DNA from: Candidatus Dormiibacterota bacterium
GTDB lineage: Bacteria; Chloroflexota; Dormibacteria; Aeolococcales; Aeolococcaceae
NCBI GenBank assembly: GCA_963757475.1
Contig: CAVWRW010000002.1
Coordinates: 133,596 to 197,595 of the forward strand
DNA length: 64,000 nucleotides
Direction: 5' to 3'
Under the pieces are notes generated by a model that saw only the letters and a program-made list of their open reading frames with translations, ran no database searches and had not been told where the DNA came from. The position numbers and the translations under genes are program-made. Positions within the stretch are counted from its first letter, which is position 1; every line of letters starts with the position of its first letter. Of this stretch, positions 10,604 to 21,602 are shown piece by piece.

Positions 10604-11560
10604 ATGTCGAGTACCCCGGCGTCCCTGGTTCTCTTCGGGATCGCTGTCGGCGCATACACGCTGGCTGTGGTGGCATTCGTGCTCCATCTGGCGTTCCGCA
10701 AGCGCTGGCTCGGGGACGCCGGGATGGCTCTGGTCCTGATCGGCTGGCCGATCCATTTCGCGTCGATCTTCACCCGCGCGCTCGAGGCCGGCCACTGGCC
10801 GCTCGGCAACATGTACGAATACTCGACCGGGATTGCGTTCGTCATCGTCACGGTCTGCGTGATCCTGATGGTGCGGGCTCGGATGCGGCTGATCGGGCTG
10901 CCCGCGATGATCGTCACGGTTGCCCTCATGGGCGTCGCCTACATGCTGTACGTGCCGCCCGGACAGCTCGTCCCGGCCCTGCACAGCTACTGGCTGACCA
11001 TCCACGTCACGTCGATGGCGACGTCGTCGGCGATCCTCAGCTTCTCGTTCTTCTTCGGCATGGCGTACCTCGCCAAGCGGTGGGCGGACAACCGCGTGGT
11101 GGCGTTCGCACCGGCAGCTGTCCCCGCCAGTGTCAGCAGCGGGGGTGTCGCGACGATGACCATGGGCGGCGGCGGATCAGGAGCCGGCGTCAGTTCCGGC
11201 GGCGGTATTCGCAGGCCGCTGGCGACCTGGCTGCAGCGCGCCCTGCCCAGGGCGGGGTTGCTGGACAGCTGGAGCTACCGGTTCGTGATGATCGGTTTTC
11301 CGATCTGGACGTTCGGGGTCATCTGCGGTGCCATCTGGGGCGAGCATGCCTGGGGCCGGTACTGGGGATGGGATCCGAAGGAGACGTTCGCGTTCATCAC
11401 GTGGGTCGTCTTCGCCATCTACCTGCACGCGCGAGTCACCTACGGCTGGAAGGAGAAGCGCGCGGCGATCATCACCGCGTTCGGGTTCGTCGCGATCCTC
11501 TTCACGCTGTACGCCGTGAACCTCTGGATCGCCGGTCTGCACTCGTACGCTCGCGCCTGA
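10604..11560 (+). CDS. ccsB: Cytochrome c biogenesis protein CcsB/CcsA (system II heme lyase subunit)
   Basis: WWD motif WGRYWGWDPKE, LHSYWLTIHV, GHWPLGNMYEY, C-terminal GLHSY. Confidence 0.93.
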   Translation: MSSTPASLVLFGIAVGAYTLAVVAFVLHLAFRKRWLGDAGMALVLIGWPIHFASIFTRALEAGHWPLGNMYEYSTGIAFVIVTVCVILMVRARMRLIGLPAMIVTVALMGVAYMLYVPPGQLVPALHSYWLTIHVTSMATSSAILSFSFFFGMAYLAKRWADNRVVAFAPAAVPASVSSGGVATMTMGGGGSGAGVSSGGGIRRPLATWLQRALPRAGLLDSWSYRFVMIGFPIWTFGVICGAIWGEHAWGRYWGWDPKETFAFITWVVFAIYLHARVTYGWKEKRAAIITAFGFVAILFTLYAVNLWIAGLHSYARA

Positions 11561-11703
11561 GCCTACCTTCGCGCGATCCGCGCGCAGTGTCCGACGCATT
11601 GGTCGCAGTCCCTGACTGCGTCTGCGCAAACGCTCCAGGGCGTGTCATCACGATTGGCCCTGGAGCGCTGCGCGCATCGAAGCGGACGAGAGCAGCATCG
11701 CGG

Positions 11704-11796
11704 CTAACCGCGACGCTGCCACCTCGTCTTCTTCAGCATCTTCTTATGCTTGTGCTTGCGCATTTTCTTGCGCCGCTTCTTGATGACGGAACCCAT
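11704..11796 (-). CDS. Small ribosomal protein bS22 (AURKAIP1/COX24 domain), 30 aa
   Basis: Below the ORF-track cut-off. Translation MGSVIKKRRKKMRKHKHKKMLKKTRWQRRG* matches the actinobacterial bS22 pattern MGSVIKKRRKRM.KKKH.K. Confidence 0.9.
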   Translation of the reverse strand: MGSVIKKRRKKMRKHKHKKMLKKTRWQRRG

Positions 11797-11806
11797 CTGG
11801 CCTCGA

Positions 11807-12306
11807 CTATAGCGGTCTGAGGCGATCGAACGCCGCGCGCAGGTTCGCTGCAGTGTTCTCGAGGTGCTCGGGCAGGACCTTCACGTCGGCGAGCACAGGC
11901 ATGAAGTTTGTGTCCCCGCCCCAGCGCGGGACGACGTGCATGTGGATGTGCTCGACGCTCGCGCCCGCCGCCGCACCCTGGTTGATCCCGATGTTGAAGC
12001 CGCCCGGATGCATCGCGGCGGTCAGCGCGCGGATCGCTCGCTGCGTCGCCGCGAAGACCGCCGCACCCTCGTCGGGCGTCGAGTGAGACGAGGTCGGGTG
12101 CGTGGCGGACTGGCACGACCATCACGTGGCCGCTGCTGTACGGGTAGCGGTTCAGCAGGGTGAAGGTGAGCTCGTCGCGATCCACGACCAGGGAATGCTC
12201 CGAGGCTTCTTCCTTGGGCGGCATCGCAGAGAAAGCAGGCTGAGCCCGAGGAACTGGGTCCGCTCGAAACGTACGCCATTCGCCAGGGTGCCCAGAGCTG
12301 CCTCAC
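11807..12306 (-). CDS. HIT family hydrolase (Ap4A phosphorylase/FHIT-like), frameshifted
   Basis: LWAPWRMAYV, CFLC, LNRYPYSSGHVMVVP, GFNIGINQG, HIHMHVVPRWGGDTNFM. Confidence 0.9.
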
Positions 12307-12315
12307 GAGACGACG

Positions 12316-13554
12316 TTAGCCGACCGCCGCCGCCGTCGGTCGCGTGGCGATCGGGGCGCCAGGCGCGCGGGTGAGCAGTCCTGGTCGCCAGGCCGCGAGG
12401 CAGGCAATCACCGCGGCAGCGATGAGCGTCCAGGCCGCCAGCGGACCGGGCGGGAACGCGGCGCGGTCGATGAGATCGACGACCGCCGCGGCAGCTGATC
12501 ACCGTCCAGATACCGATCACCGCGAGCCGGCGCTCATCGGCGAGCGCGATCGCCCAGATGAGCACCGGGGCGAGCATCACGAGGTCCTGTGCGTACGCGT
12601 GTGGCGCCCCGAGCAACGACAGGACTGCCGCCGCGATCAGCGCACGGTCGAAGCGCCCGGGGTGGCGCCGAGCCAGGTCGCCGAGCGCCCAGGCGATGGC
12701 GCAGGCGACAGCCGTCCCGCAGAGGCCGATGACCTCGCTCGCCGTCCCGTTGCCTGCGATCGATCCTGGGATGGCGATGAAGCTCAGCATCCGCCCGAGG
12801 TCCCATGCCCCGCCCTGCGCGGTAGCGAGGCCGGCGAAGGCCACCACGCCGGCCGTGCCGACCACCGCCACGCTCGTCACCGCGAGTGCGGCGAGGCCGG
12901 TGATCGCGCCGAGGATGACCCGCCGCCGGCGCCACCCGATGAGGAACGCTGCCAGGCCGAGGGCGAGGTGGGGTTTCGCGACGCCGGCCGCGAGGACCAG
13001 GATCACCGCGCCGCGCGCCTCGTGGCCGTGGCGCCAGTCCCGATATGCGAGCGCGAGCCCGAGCGCCGTCAGCGATGACCACTGCCCCTGGAGGAGCAGC
13101 GTCCAGGTACCGAACGATCCCATCGCCACCATCCCGGCAGCGACGCGCCACGCCGCTTCCAGTCGTCGATCGCCATGGCGCGCTGCGGACGGCGATGACG
13201 ACGGCGAGTGCGAGGATGAGCAACGACAACGCCGTCCAAAGCCGGTACGCCGCAGTCAGGCTCAGGAAGGTGACCGGGGCGACGAGGGCGGCTGCAGGCG
13301 GCCCGTCGACGAAGGGCACCTTGCCGTTGTGGACCGGCGCGATCAGCTGGTCACGGAGCGCTGTCTGCGTCGCCAGGTTGTAGACGGCTGCGCCGCCATC
13401 CGTGGCGCAGGAGAAGGCCCGCGACGTACGAGGACGTGAAATCGGAGCGATCGATGTCCGCGGTCGGCAGGCGCACCCAGATGAGCACGTATGCGAGGAG
13501 GAGGGCAGCCGCGACCGCAATGACGAGGCGAGCCTGCCTGGCGTGCGCACCCAC
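12316..13554 (-). CDS. Glycosyltransferase family 87 (DUF2029) membrane protein, frameshifted
   Basis: SDFTSSY, PFVDGPPAAAL, LLLQGQWS, AGVAKPHLAL, APHAYAQDL; multiple TM helices. Confidence 0.8.
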
Positions 13555-13628
13555 GCCCCGACGCTACCAGCCGGACACCCACTCCAGAATGGCATGCGAC
13601 CGGAGCGTGACCTGCCCGTTGAGCGGGC

Positions 13629-14070
13629 TCAGAGCAGCGTGAGGGTCACTGCGACGTTGCCGCGGACGGCGTTGGAGTAGGGGCACCGCTGTTCGGCCTC
13701 GTCGATAAGCGCCTTGGCCTGGTCTCGATCGGTGATGGACGGGAGCGATGATCAGCAACTCCACCGCCAAGCCAAGACGCCCGGCCTCGATCAGTCCGAT
13801 GCCGACACGCGCGGTGACAACGGAATCCAGCACATCAAGGCCCTTGCGTCGCGCGATGCCGATCATCGCGTTCTGCCAGCACGCGGCGTAGCCGAGCGCG
13901 AAGAGCTGCTCGGGGTTGGTTCCCGGGCCGCCGTCCCCGCCCATCTCAGTCGGAGCGCTGAAGTCGACAGTGAGCCTGCCATCCGATGTCGCGCCATGGC
14001 CGCGACGCCCGCCTGTGACGGTGGCTTCGGCCGTGTAGAGCACGCGGAGCGGGACTGCACTGTCGCTCAT
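13629..14070 (-). CDS. ohr: Organic hydroperoxide resistance protein (Ohr/OsmC family), one indel
   Basis: LYTAEATVTGGR, GTNPEQLFALGYAAC, and in the shifted frame CPYSNAVRGNV; both catalytic Cys present. Confidence 0.92.
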
Positions 14071-15138
14071 GACACCTCCAGCGGCGAGTTCGTCAGGCGG
14101 TGGTTTCCTCGATCTTGATCTTGGTGCGCACCTCGTCGGAGAAATGGCACGACGCCAGATGCCCGTCGGGCTTGATCTCGAGAGGGGGAACCACGTCCGC
14201 GCAGACGCCGGGGACGCGCGCGATCGGGCAACGCGTGTGAAAGAGGCAGCCCGACGGCGGGTTCAGCGGGGATGGGATCTCGCCGGACAGCTCGACGAGC
14301 CGCCGCTTCGAACTCGATGCGTGGATCCGGTACTGGGATCGAGGAGAGCAACGCCCGCGTGTACGGGTGATCCTGCGAACTCGTAGAGGTCCTCGCTCGG
14401 CGCGACCTCGCAGATCCTGCCGAGGTACATGACCATGACACGGTTGCTGATGTGCCGCACCACGGAAAGATCGTGCGCGATGAAGAGATATGTGAGGTTG
14501 AACTCGCGCTGCAGATCCTCGAGCAGGTTGATGATCTGCGCCTGGATGGAGACGTCGAGTGCCGATACGGGCTCGTCGCAGATGATGACTTTCGGATTGA
14601 GCGCGAGTGCTCGCGCGATGCCGATGCGCTGCCGCTGACCGCCGCTGAACTCGTGCGGATAGCGGTTGTTGAAATAGGGGTTGAGGCCAACTGTGCGCAG
14701 CAATTCCTGGACGCGCGCGTCCTTTGCCTTGCCGCTGATCATCTTGAAGTTGACGAGTGGCTCGGCGATGATGTCGCCGACCGTCATGCGCGGATCAAGC
14801 GACGCGTACGGATCCTGAAAGATCATCTGCAGCTGCTTGCGCTGCTGCCGCAACTTCTCGCCGCTCAGCTTTGTGATGTCGACGCCGTCGAGGATCACCT
14901 GACCTGACGTGACTGGAATCAGCTGGCTGATGAGCCTGCCGAGAGTCGACTTGCCGCATCCCGACTCACCGACGAGCCCCACCGTCTCGCCCGCCATGAT
15001 GTCGAACGTCACACCGTCAACGGCCTTGACCGATCCGTTGCCGCCGGCGCTGAAGTGCTTGACGACGTCGACGACACGGAGCAGCGGCTCGGCGGATGGT
15101 GCAGGCCTCGGAACGACGTGGACGATCGTGTCAGTCAC
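14067..15138 (-). CDS. oppF: Oligopeptide ABC transporter ATPase OppF (frameshift near 14370)
   Basis: [47 protein letters not shown]. Confidence 0.93.
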
Positions 15139-16237
15139 TGACCGACTCCGCGACTGACGCGGTCACCTCTTGCGGAGGCAACGTCTGCCGTCTCTTGGGA
15201 TGCACGCCACTCGCCGCTCCCGGGCTCGTGTCCTTGATGTCTGCAGCCCCCATCTCGGCATACGCGGTCTTCATCGTCACCCAGCATGCCGCCTGCTGCA
15301 TCGGCGCAACCTCCTCGGTGGGTGGCGACTCACTGAAGCAGCGCTCGATGCGGAACGGGCAGCGCGGATTGAACTTGCAGCCCGCCGGGAGGTCGATGAG
15401 ATCGGGCGGCAGTCCCTCGATCGAGAGCAGGCGCTCGCGCCGGCTCGCGTCGATGCGCGGGACCGAGCGCAGCAGCGACCACGTGTAGGGGTGCTGCGGC
15501 GACTCGAAGATCTGCTCCACGGTGCCCTCCTCGACGATCTCGCCCGCGTACATGACGAGGACGCGCTTGCAGAGGCCGGCGACGACGCCGAGGTTGTGGG
15601 TGATGAGAACGATCGCTGCCCCCGTTTGCTCGTTGAGGTCACGCAGGAGCTCGAGGATCTGCGCCTGCACCGTGACGTCGAGCGCGGTGGTCGGCTCATC
15701 GGCGATGAGCAGGTCCGGCTTGTTGGACAGCCCCATGGCGATCATGGCCCGCTGCCGCATGCCACCACTGAACTGATGCGGGAAGTCGCGCACCCGGCGC
15801 TCCGGGTCCGAGACACGCACCTGCTTGAGCAGGTCGATGGTCCGCGCATCGATCTGGTCGTCGGCGATCTTGTTGTGCGCGTGCATCGCCTCTTCGATCT
15901 GGTAGCCCACGCGCAGGACCGGATTCATCGAGCTGAGCGGGTCCTGGAAGATCATCGCGATGTCGCGACCCCGGATGTTGCGCAACTCCTCCTTGGTCAG
16001 CTTGAGGAGATCGCGACCCTTGAACATGATCTCGCCGCTGACGACCTTGCCGGGGCGTTGCACGAGTCCGAGGACCGACATCGCCGTCACGCTCTTGCCG
16101 CAACCGGATTCGCCAACGATGCCGAGGGTTTCCCCCGGGGCCACGTTGAAGCTGACCCCGCGCACCGCCTTCACCTCACCGTCGTCGGTGAAGAAGTGCG
16201 TGCTCAGGTTGCGGACGTCGAGTATTGGGTCCGTCAC
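15131..16237 (-). CDS. oppD: Oligopeptide ABC transporter ATPase OppD
   Basis: [41 protein letters not shown]. Confidence 0.95.
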   Translation of the reverse strand: MTDPILDVRNLSTHFFTDDGEVKAVRGVSFNVAPGETLGIVGESGCGKSVTAMSVLGLVQRPGKVVSGEIMFKGRDLLKLTKEELRNIRGRDIAMIFQDPLSSMNPVLRVGYQIEEAMHAHNKIADDQIDARTIDLLKQVRVSDPERRVRDFPHQFSGGMRQRAMIAMGLSNKPDLLIADEPTTALDVTVQAQILELLRDLNEQTGAAIVLITHNLGVVAGLCKRVLVMYAGEIVEEGTVEQIFESPQHPYTWSLLRSVPRIDASRRERLLSIEGLPPDLIDLPAGCKFNPRCPFRIERCFSESPPTEEVAPMQQAACWVTMKTAYAEMGAADIKDTSPGAASGVHPKRRQTLPPQEVTASVAESVSD

Positions 16238-17139
16238 CGCCGTTGGCGCGGATCGAAGGCATCTCGCAGACCGTCACCGAGGAAGTTGAACGCGAGCAGC
16301 GTGATGGAGAGCGCGATGGCGGGCCAGAGCATCATGTATGGCTCCAAGGGGAGCGCAGCATACCCCTCGGACGCAATGGAACCCCAGGATGCCAGCGGCG
16401 ACGGGATGCCAAGGCCGAGATAGCTCAGGAAGGCCTCGGTGAGGATCGCGATCGGGATGACGAAGGTCGCCTGGACGATGATCGGCCCGAGTGAGTTGGG
16501 CAGGATATGGCCGAAGAGGATCTTGCCCGCCTTCGCGCCGCTTGCCCGGGCAGCCTCGATGAACTCACGCTCGCGGATGCTGAATGCCTGCCCTCGAACG
16601 AGACGTGCCATGTCCATCCAGACCGTCGCCGATATCGCGAGCATGATGTTGCCGAGGCCGCGCCCCAGGACGAGGTACAACACGATCGCGACGAGGATGC
16701 CGGGGATCCCGTAGAAGATGTTGATGAACACACTGATGACCGTGTCCACCCATCCGCGGAAGTAGCCGGCGATCAAGCCGACGACGACGCCGACGGTCAG
16801 CACCACTGCCGATGTGCCGACGCCGACGATGAGCGAGATCTGCGCTCCCTGCATCATCCGGCTGAGCAGGTCGCGCCCGAGGTCGTCGGTGCCGAGGGGA
16901 TGCGCCGCTGACGGACCGAGGAACGTCAGGGTGTTCGGCAGGATCGACGCCGGGTTGTACGGAGTCCAGAAGACAGCGACGATCGCCACGAGAACGAGCA
17001 ACATGAGGTAGATGAGCGCGGCGAGCGCGAGGCGGTTGCGCCGCAGGCGGCGGAAGCCGTCACGCCAGAGGCCGACCTGAGCACGCGCAATCGTGCCGCC
17101 CGCGTATTCCTGTTCAAAGACGGTTTCGATCGTAGCCAT
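16234..17139 (-). CDS. oppC: Oligopeptide ABC transporter permease OppC
   Basis: HPLGTDDLGRD, EFIEAARASGA (EAA loop), HILPN, EAFLSYLGLG, LGDGLRDAFDPR. Confidence 0.95.
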   Translation of the reverse strand: MATIETVFEQEYAGGTIARAQVGLWRDGFRRLRRNRLALAALIYLMLLVLVAIVAVFWTPYNPASILPNTLTFLGPSAAHPLGTDDLGRDLLSRMMQGAQISLIVGVGTSAVVLTVGVVVGLIAGYFRGWVDTVISVFINIFYGIPGILVAIVLYLVLGRGLGNIMLAISATVWMDMARLVRGQAFSIREREFIEAARASGAKAGKILFGHILPNSLGPIIVQATFVIPIAILTEAFLSYLGLGIPSPLASWGSIASEGYAALPLEPYMMLWPAIALSITLLAFNFLGDGLRDAFDPRQRR

Positions 17140-18094
17140 CAGTATCTAATCCTCGGATCAACGACGGTGTACAGAAGGTCGACGACGAGGTTGGCGATGC
17201 CGATGAGCAGCGCGTACACGGTGAACACCGCCACGGTGACGTTGTAGTCCGCCCCGAGGATGCTCTCGACGAATTCCTTGCCCAGCCCCGGAATGCCAAA
17301 GATGTTCTCGATGATGACGCTGCCTGTGATGATGCTGATCACCAGCGGGCCGAGGATGCTGATAACCGGGATGAGCGCATTGCGCAAGGCATGGCGGATG
17401 GTGACGACGCGCGTCTTGAGCCCCTTGGCTCTGGCCGTGCGTATGTAGTCCTGCTGCAGCACCTCGAGCATCGCAGCGCGCGTGATCCTCGTTACCTGCC
17501 CGGAGGTGTAGAAGCCGAGGATGATCGCCGGCAACGACAACTCCACCAACGTCCCGTACGTGCCGGTCCATATGGCGGGTACGAGATGACGCCGTTGGTG
17601 AGGTTGGGGAGGAAGTAGCTGAAGATGAGGACGCCGAGTCCGGCGAAGACGAAGCTCGGCACGCTGTACCCGACCACGGCGATCGAGGTGAGCGTGTAGT
17701 CCACCCAGGAGTTCTGGCGCATTGCGGCAATAACGCCGAAGACGGTGCCCAGACCGATGGTGATAAGCAGTGCGGTGCCCCCGAGCTCGGCGCTGACACT
17801 CAGCTCACGCATCACGAGCGGCGTGATCGGCAAACCACGGATCTGGAAGGACACGCCGAGGTCGCCATGAATGGCGTTGGTGAGGAAGCTCCAGTACTGC
17901 ACGAGGATGGGCCGGTCCAGCCCGTACTCGTGGAGGAGCAGTTGCAGCGCCTGCCCATGCACACGCTGGCTCTCGAAGGCGTTGCCCGGCAGGCTGTGGA
18001 CGGTGACGAAGACCAGGAAGGAGACGGCGACGAGCGTGAAGATGATCAGCGCCAGTCGCTGCGCGATGTAGATGAGTGTTCCGCGGGTCAGCAT
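17139..18094 (-). CDS. oppB: Oligopeptide ABC transporter permease OppB (frameshift near 17550)
   Basis: YGLDRPILVQY, GDLGVS, DYIRTARAKGL, HALRNALIP, VDPRIRY. Confidence 0.93.
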
Positions 18095-18128
18095 CTACCT
18101 TGAACCTCTCATATATCGAAAGGCGGAA

Positions 18129-18153
18129 GGCGCCCGGCTCGGTGCCGGGCGCC
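18129..18153 (-). terminator. GC-rich stem-loop between oppA and oppB (mRNA stabiliser or partial terminator)
   Basis: Perfect 10-bp stem GGCGCCCGGC/GCCGGGCGCC with a 5-nt loop just after the oppA stop; only a weak U-rich tail on the minus strand. Confidence 0.55.
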
Positions 18154-18182
18154 CTCTCATTCGGTTCTAGTGGCGTTGCTCT

Positions 18183-19983
18183 CTAGTGCGAGAGGATCTT
18201 GATCTCATTCCAGTAGTGGTCGAAGGCGGTGTTCGAACCGGCTCCCTTCACGTACGACTGGATGAGGAAGTTGCCCACGGAGTAGTACAGCGGGATGTAG
18301 ACGACGTCCTGCTGCAGGATCTGCCCGAGCTGGTTGTACAGCGGGAGCGCTGTCGTCAGCGGCTCTGCGTCGGCCTGCTTGAGGACGCTGTCGTAGGTGG
18401 GGTCATCGAACCCGCTGGTGTTCGCGCCCGCGGAGGTGGCGTAGACGCCCCAGAGGTTGTCGTACCAGTCCTGCGGGTGGTTGTAGTCGAACTGCCAGCC
18501 GTCACGCGACATCACGTACTTGCCCGTGAGCCGGTTGTTGATGAAGATCGACGCATCCGACACCGAGTTCAGGTTGACCTTGATGCCCAGGTTGGTCTGC
18601 CACTGACTTCTGCAGGTACTCGGCGACGCTCTCGTTGAGGCTGCCGGCGTTGTACGAGTAGGTGAGGTTCTTGGTCAGCGCGCCGGTCGGGTCGTACTGG
18701 TGGAGCAGCGACTTGGCCTGGGTCGCGTCGAACTTGGCGAGCGGGTCGCTGTTCGGTCCGCCGTTGCCGACGAGGCCGCTGGTGATCAGACCGCCGGTCG
18801 CCGCCGAGCAGATGAGGTTGTGGCACACCGTCGTGGCCAGGCCCTGCTTGTCGATCGCGAGGTCGAACGCGAGGCGGAGGCCCTTCGCAGCGGCCGATTC
18901 GCCGACGAACGGTCCACCCGTGGACGGGTAACCGATGTTGAAGCTCAGCCAGGTCGTGCGGCCCTTCGGCTGGGTCAGCAGGTGCGGCTTCTCGCGCGAG
19001 TTGGCCTGGATCGCCAGGATGTTCGCCAGCGGGACGATCCGCTGTCACCACCGTAGCCGACGATGTCGTAGCCCTTCTGGAAGAAGGCATCGACGGTTGT
19101 CGGTGCCGTCGAGGGGTCCTTGATGTCGATGTTGATCGTCTTCAACGTCGGCTTCGGAGAACCCCACCAGTTCGGCACCTGCGGTGAACGTCATCGACTG
19201 CTTGGGGGTGTATGCGGTGAGCTTGTACGCGCCGGTGCCAACGAGGTTGGCGGGCGTCTGCCACCAGTTGACGGGATCAACACCCGGTGCTTCGATGACC
19301 TTCTGGTCGACGATCGCGCCGACGGTGCCCTCGAGGGTCCATGCGGTGAGGCACCAGCCGCAACCGGCCGAGAGCTTGATCTGGACGGTCTCAGGATCGG
19401 TGGCTGTGAGGCCGCTCATCATGAATGCGGAGTTGCCTGCCTTCAGCTGGGTCTCGATGTTCGCCTGGAAGGTGGTGGGCGTGCCCGAGGACGGCGGGGA
19501 GCCGGCCGCGGTCTGCACTGCGCTGTAGCCCTGTGATCGCGCTCAGGATGGACGAATACGCGCCGTGGAGTGCGACCGCACGGTTCCACGAGTAGCAGCA
19601 CGTCCTTCGAGGTGACCGCGTCACCGTTGGAGAACTTGGCCGCGGGATTCAGGTGAATCGTGTAGGTCATACCGTCCGAGGAGATCCCGCCGTTGGCCTG
19701 CGTCGGCACGGTCGAGGCGATATCCGGAACGATGTTGAGGTTGTCGTCGAACCGCCAGAGGTTGTCGAACACGTTCTGCATGAGCTCGGTGTCGACCTCG
19801 GCGTCCATCTCGCCGGGATCCCACGTGCCGGGGTCCTGGAAGACGGGGAACTTCAGCACCTGTGACGACGCCAGCGCGCCGCCTGACGATGTCGTCGGTG
19901 CTCGTGCTACCGCACGCTGCGGCGGTGAGCAGGCCAAGCACTCCCAGGCCAATCCCACCAATGGTCAATTTGTTCGGTCGCAA
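18183..19983 (-). CDS. oppA: Oligopeptide ABC substrate-binding lipoprotein OppA (family 5 SBP), several frameshifts
   Basis: TTG start 19983 with GGGAGG; lipobox LTAAC; DGMTYTIHLNPAAKFSNGDAVT; VGTGAY; DGWQFDYNHP; IPLYY. Confidence 0.88.
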
Positions 19984-20184
19984 ATGCAGATCCTCCCGTT
20001 TTGTGGCTGATCGCCGCCCTGGCCCAGGGTTTCCTTCCCCCGAACCAAGTCTCAGATTGTGAGACGTGGGCCGGATCATATCGACTTGATCCACCCCATG
20101 CGGTTCAAGCGGAGCCGAAACTCACCCTGATGGGTGAAAGTAGCTTCGGAATTCGTCACGTTGGGGGATGCCGCAGCGCTCTGC

Positions 20185-20260
<76 letters not shown>

Positions 20261-20462
20261 GCCGACCATGGTACCGGCCGGAAGGACGACGTCGCGACCG
20301 TCACGTCGCCGACACCCGGTGCTCGCGCCGAGCGGACGATTGCAGTCCAATGAATACGGCAATTGCATCCGCGCAGCCGCGGTGTCGGACAATGCTTGCG
20401 AGTGGTGCGATGGCGATTTGATCGCTGCGATTGCGCCAATGGCCCGTCACTCGGGAGGCCTC

Positions 20463-20962
20463 ATGCCTGATACTGCCGATCGCGATCTCGCCTCGGGGAC
20501 TGCATCGCCGATCGTGCAGGCGGCCGAGCGCTTGTATCGCGCATCGAGGCGCTCGTCGGTCAGGTGGCTGAGTTGAAGGCTGACAACGCTGCATTGCGAC
20601 GTGAGGTCCGTGCGGCGGTTGCATTGCTCGAACGAGCCGGCGATGCCGCCGACGCCCGTGCGCGGTCCGCGAAACGAGCATCCGCTCCGGCGCTCCGCCA
20701 CGCGAAGGGCCGCCGTCGTGGCAAGGGGCCGAAAGGCCGGGCGACCCCCGCTTCGGTGACGCCGGACATCGTCCTGGCCACCATCGGCAAGCTCGGGTCG
20801 GCGACCGCTTCGGAGATCGCCCGGGAGTTGAGCGTGCTGGGTGACCCTGTCTCCGGTCGCGCCGTACGCTGGCTGGCCGAGCGGGCCGGCGCAGCGACGA
20901 CAACGGGCGAGGACGGTCAGTTGCGATACCGGCTTCCAGCGTCGCCGCCTCGTCCCTACTGA
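20463..20962 (+). CDS. Hypothetical protein: N-terminal coiled coil, basic linker, HTH-like C-terminus (one indel near 20538)
   Basis: GGAGG before ATG 20463; restoring one base joins MPDTADRDL...AERLY to RIEALVGQVAELKADNAALRREV (ORF 20564..20962). Confidence 0.6.
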
Positions 20963-21026
20963 GCGCGGGCTTGTCCTGAGCATCGAACGCGGCGATCGTC
21001 GGCGGCCGTGATATACACTTCCGTGT

Positions 21027-21602
21027 ATGTCGTCATACACCAACAAACTGCTTGGCATTGGTCTGCGTCGGATAGCGCTCGGGCTCGCCGGCGCGCTCGC
21101 GCTGTCGGGCGCTGTCGGGTGGTTCGTTGTGAACCAGACGGCTGCGCAGGCTCCGGTCCCGGTGGGCGAGACGGTCGATCCGCCTGCACCACCCACAGTG
21201 CTCGTCTTCGTCAGCGGCGCGGTCGAGCACCCGGGGCTCTATGAGCTGAGCCCGGACGCCCGGGTCGCGGACGCCCTTGCCGCTGCCGGCGGCATCACGA
21301 CGCTCGCCGATCCCGGACACCTTCCCAACATGGCCGAGCGCGTGCACGACGGCCGCCAGGTCAACGTGCCGTTCCTGGGGAGCGGCACCACTGCGGCGAA
21401 GCTCGACATCAACAGCGCGGCGGTGGACGAGCTCGACACCGTCCCCGCGATGCCTCCGGGGCTCGCCGGCGAGATCGTCGCCTATCGAGAAGAATGGGGA
21501 CCGTTCACCTCGATGAGCCAGCTCCACAGCGATCTCGGCGTCGACTCCGCGACGGTCACGGGCCTGGAGCACTATCTCCGCGTCGTGCTGCCCACCCAGT
21601 GA
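21027..21602 (+). CDS. comEA: ComEA-type DNA receptor (TM anchor, SLBB, helix-hairpin-helix)
   Basis: VFVSGAVEHPGLYEL...RVADALAAAGG (SLBB); LDINSAAVDELDTVP...IVAYREEWGPF (HhH); upstream of comEC. Confidence 0.88.
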   Translation: MSSYTNKLLGIGLRRIALGLAGALALSGAVGWFVVNQTAAQAPVPVGETVDPPAPPTVLVFVSGAVEHPGLYELSPDARVADALAAAGGITTLADPGHLPNMAERVHDGRQVNVPFLGSGTTAAKLDINSAAVDELDTVPAMPPGLAGEIVAYREEWGPFTSMSQLHSDLGVDSATVTGLEHYLRVVLPTQ

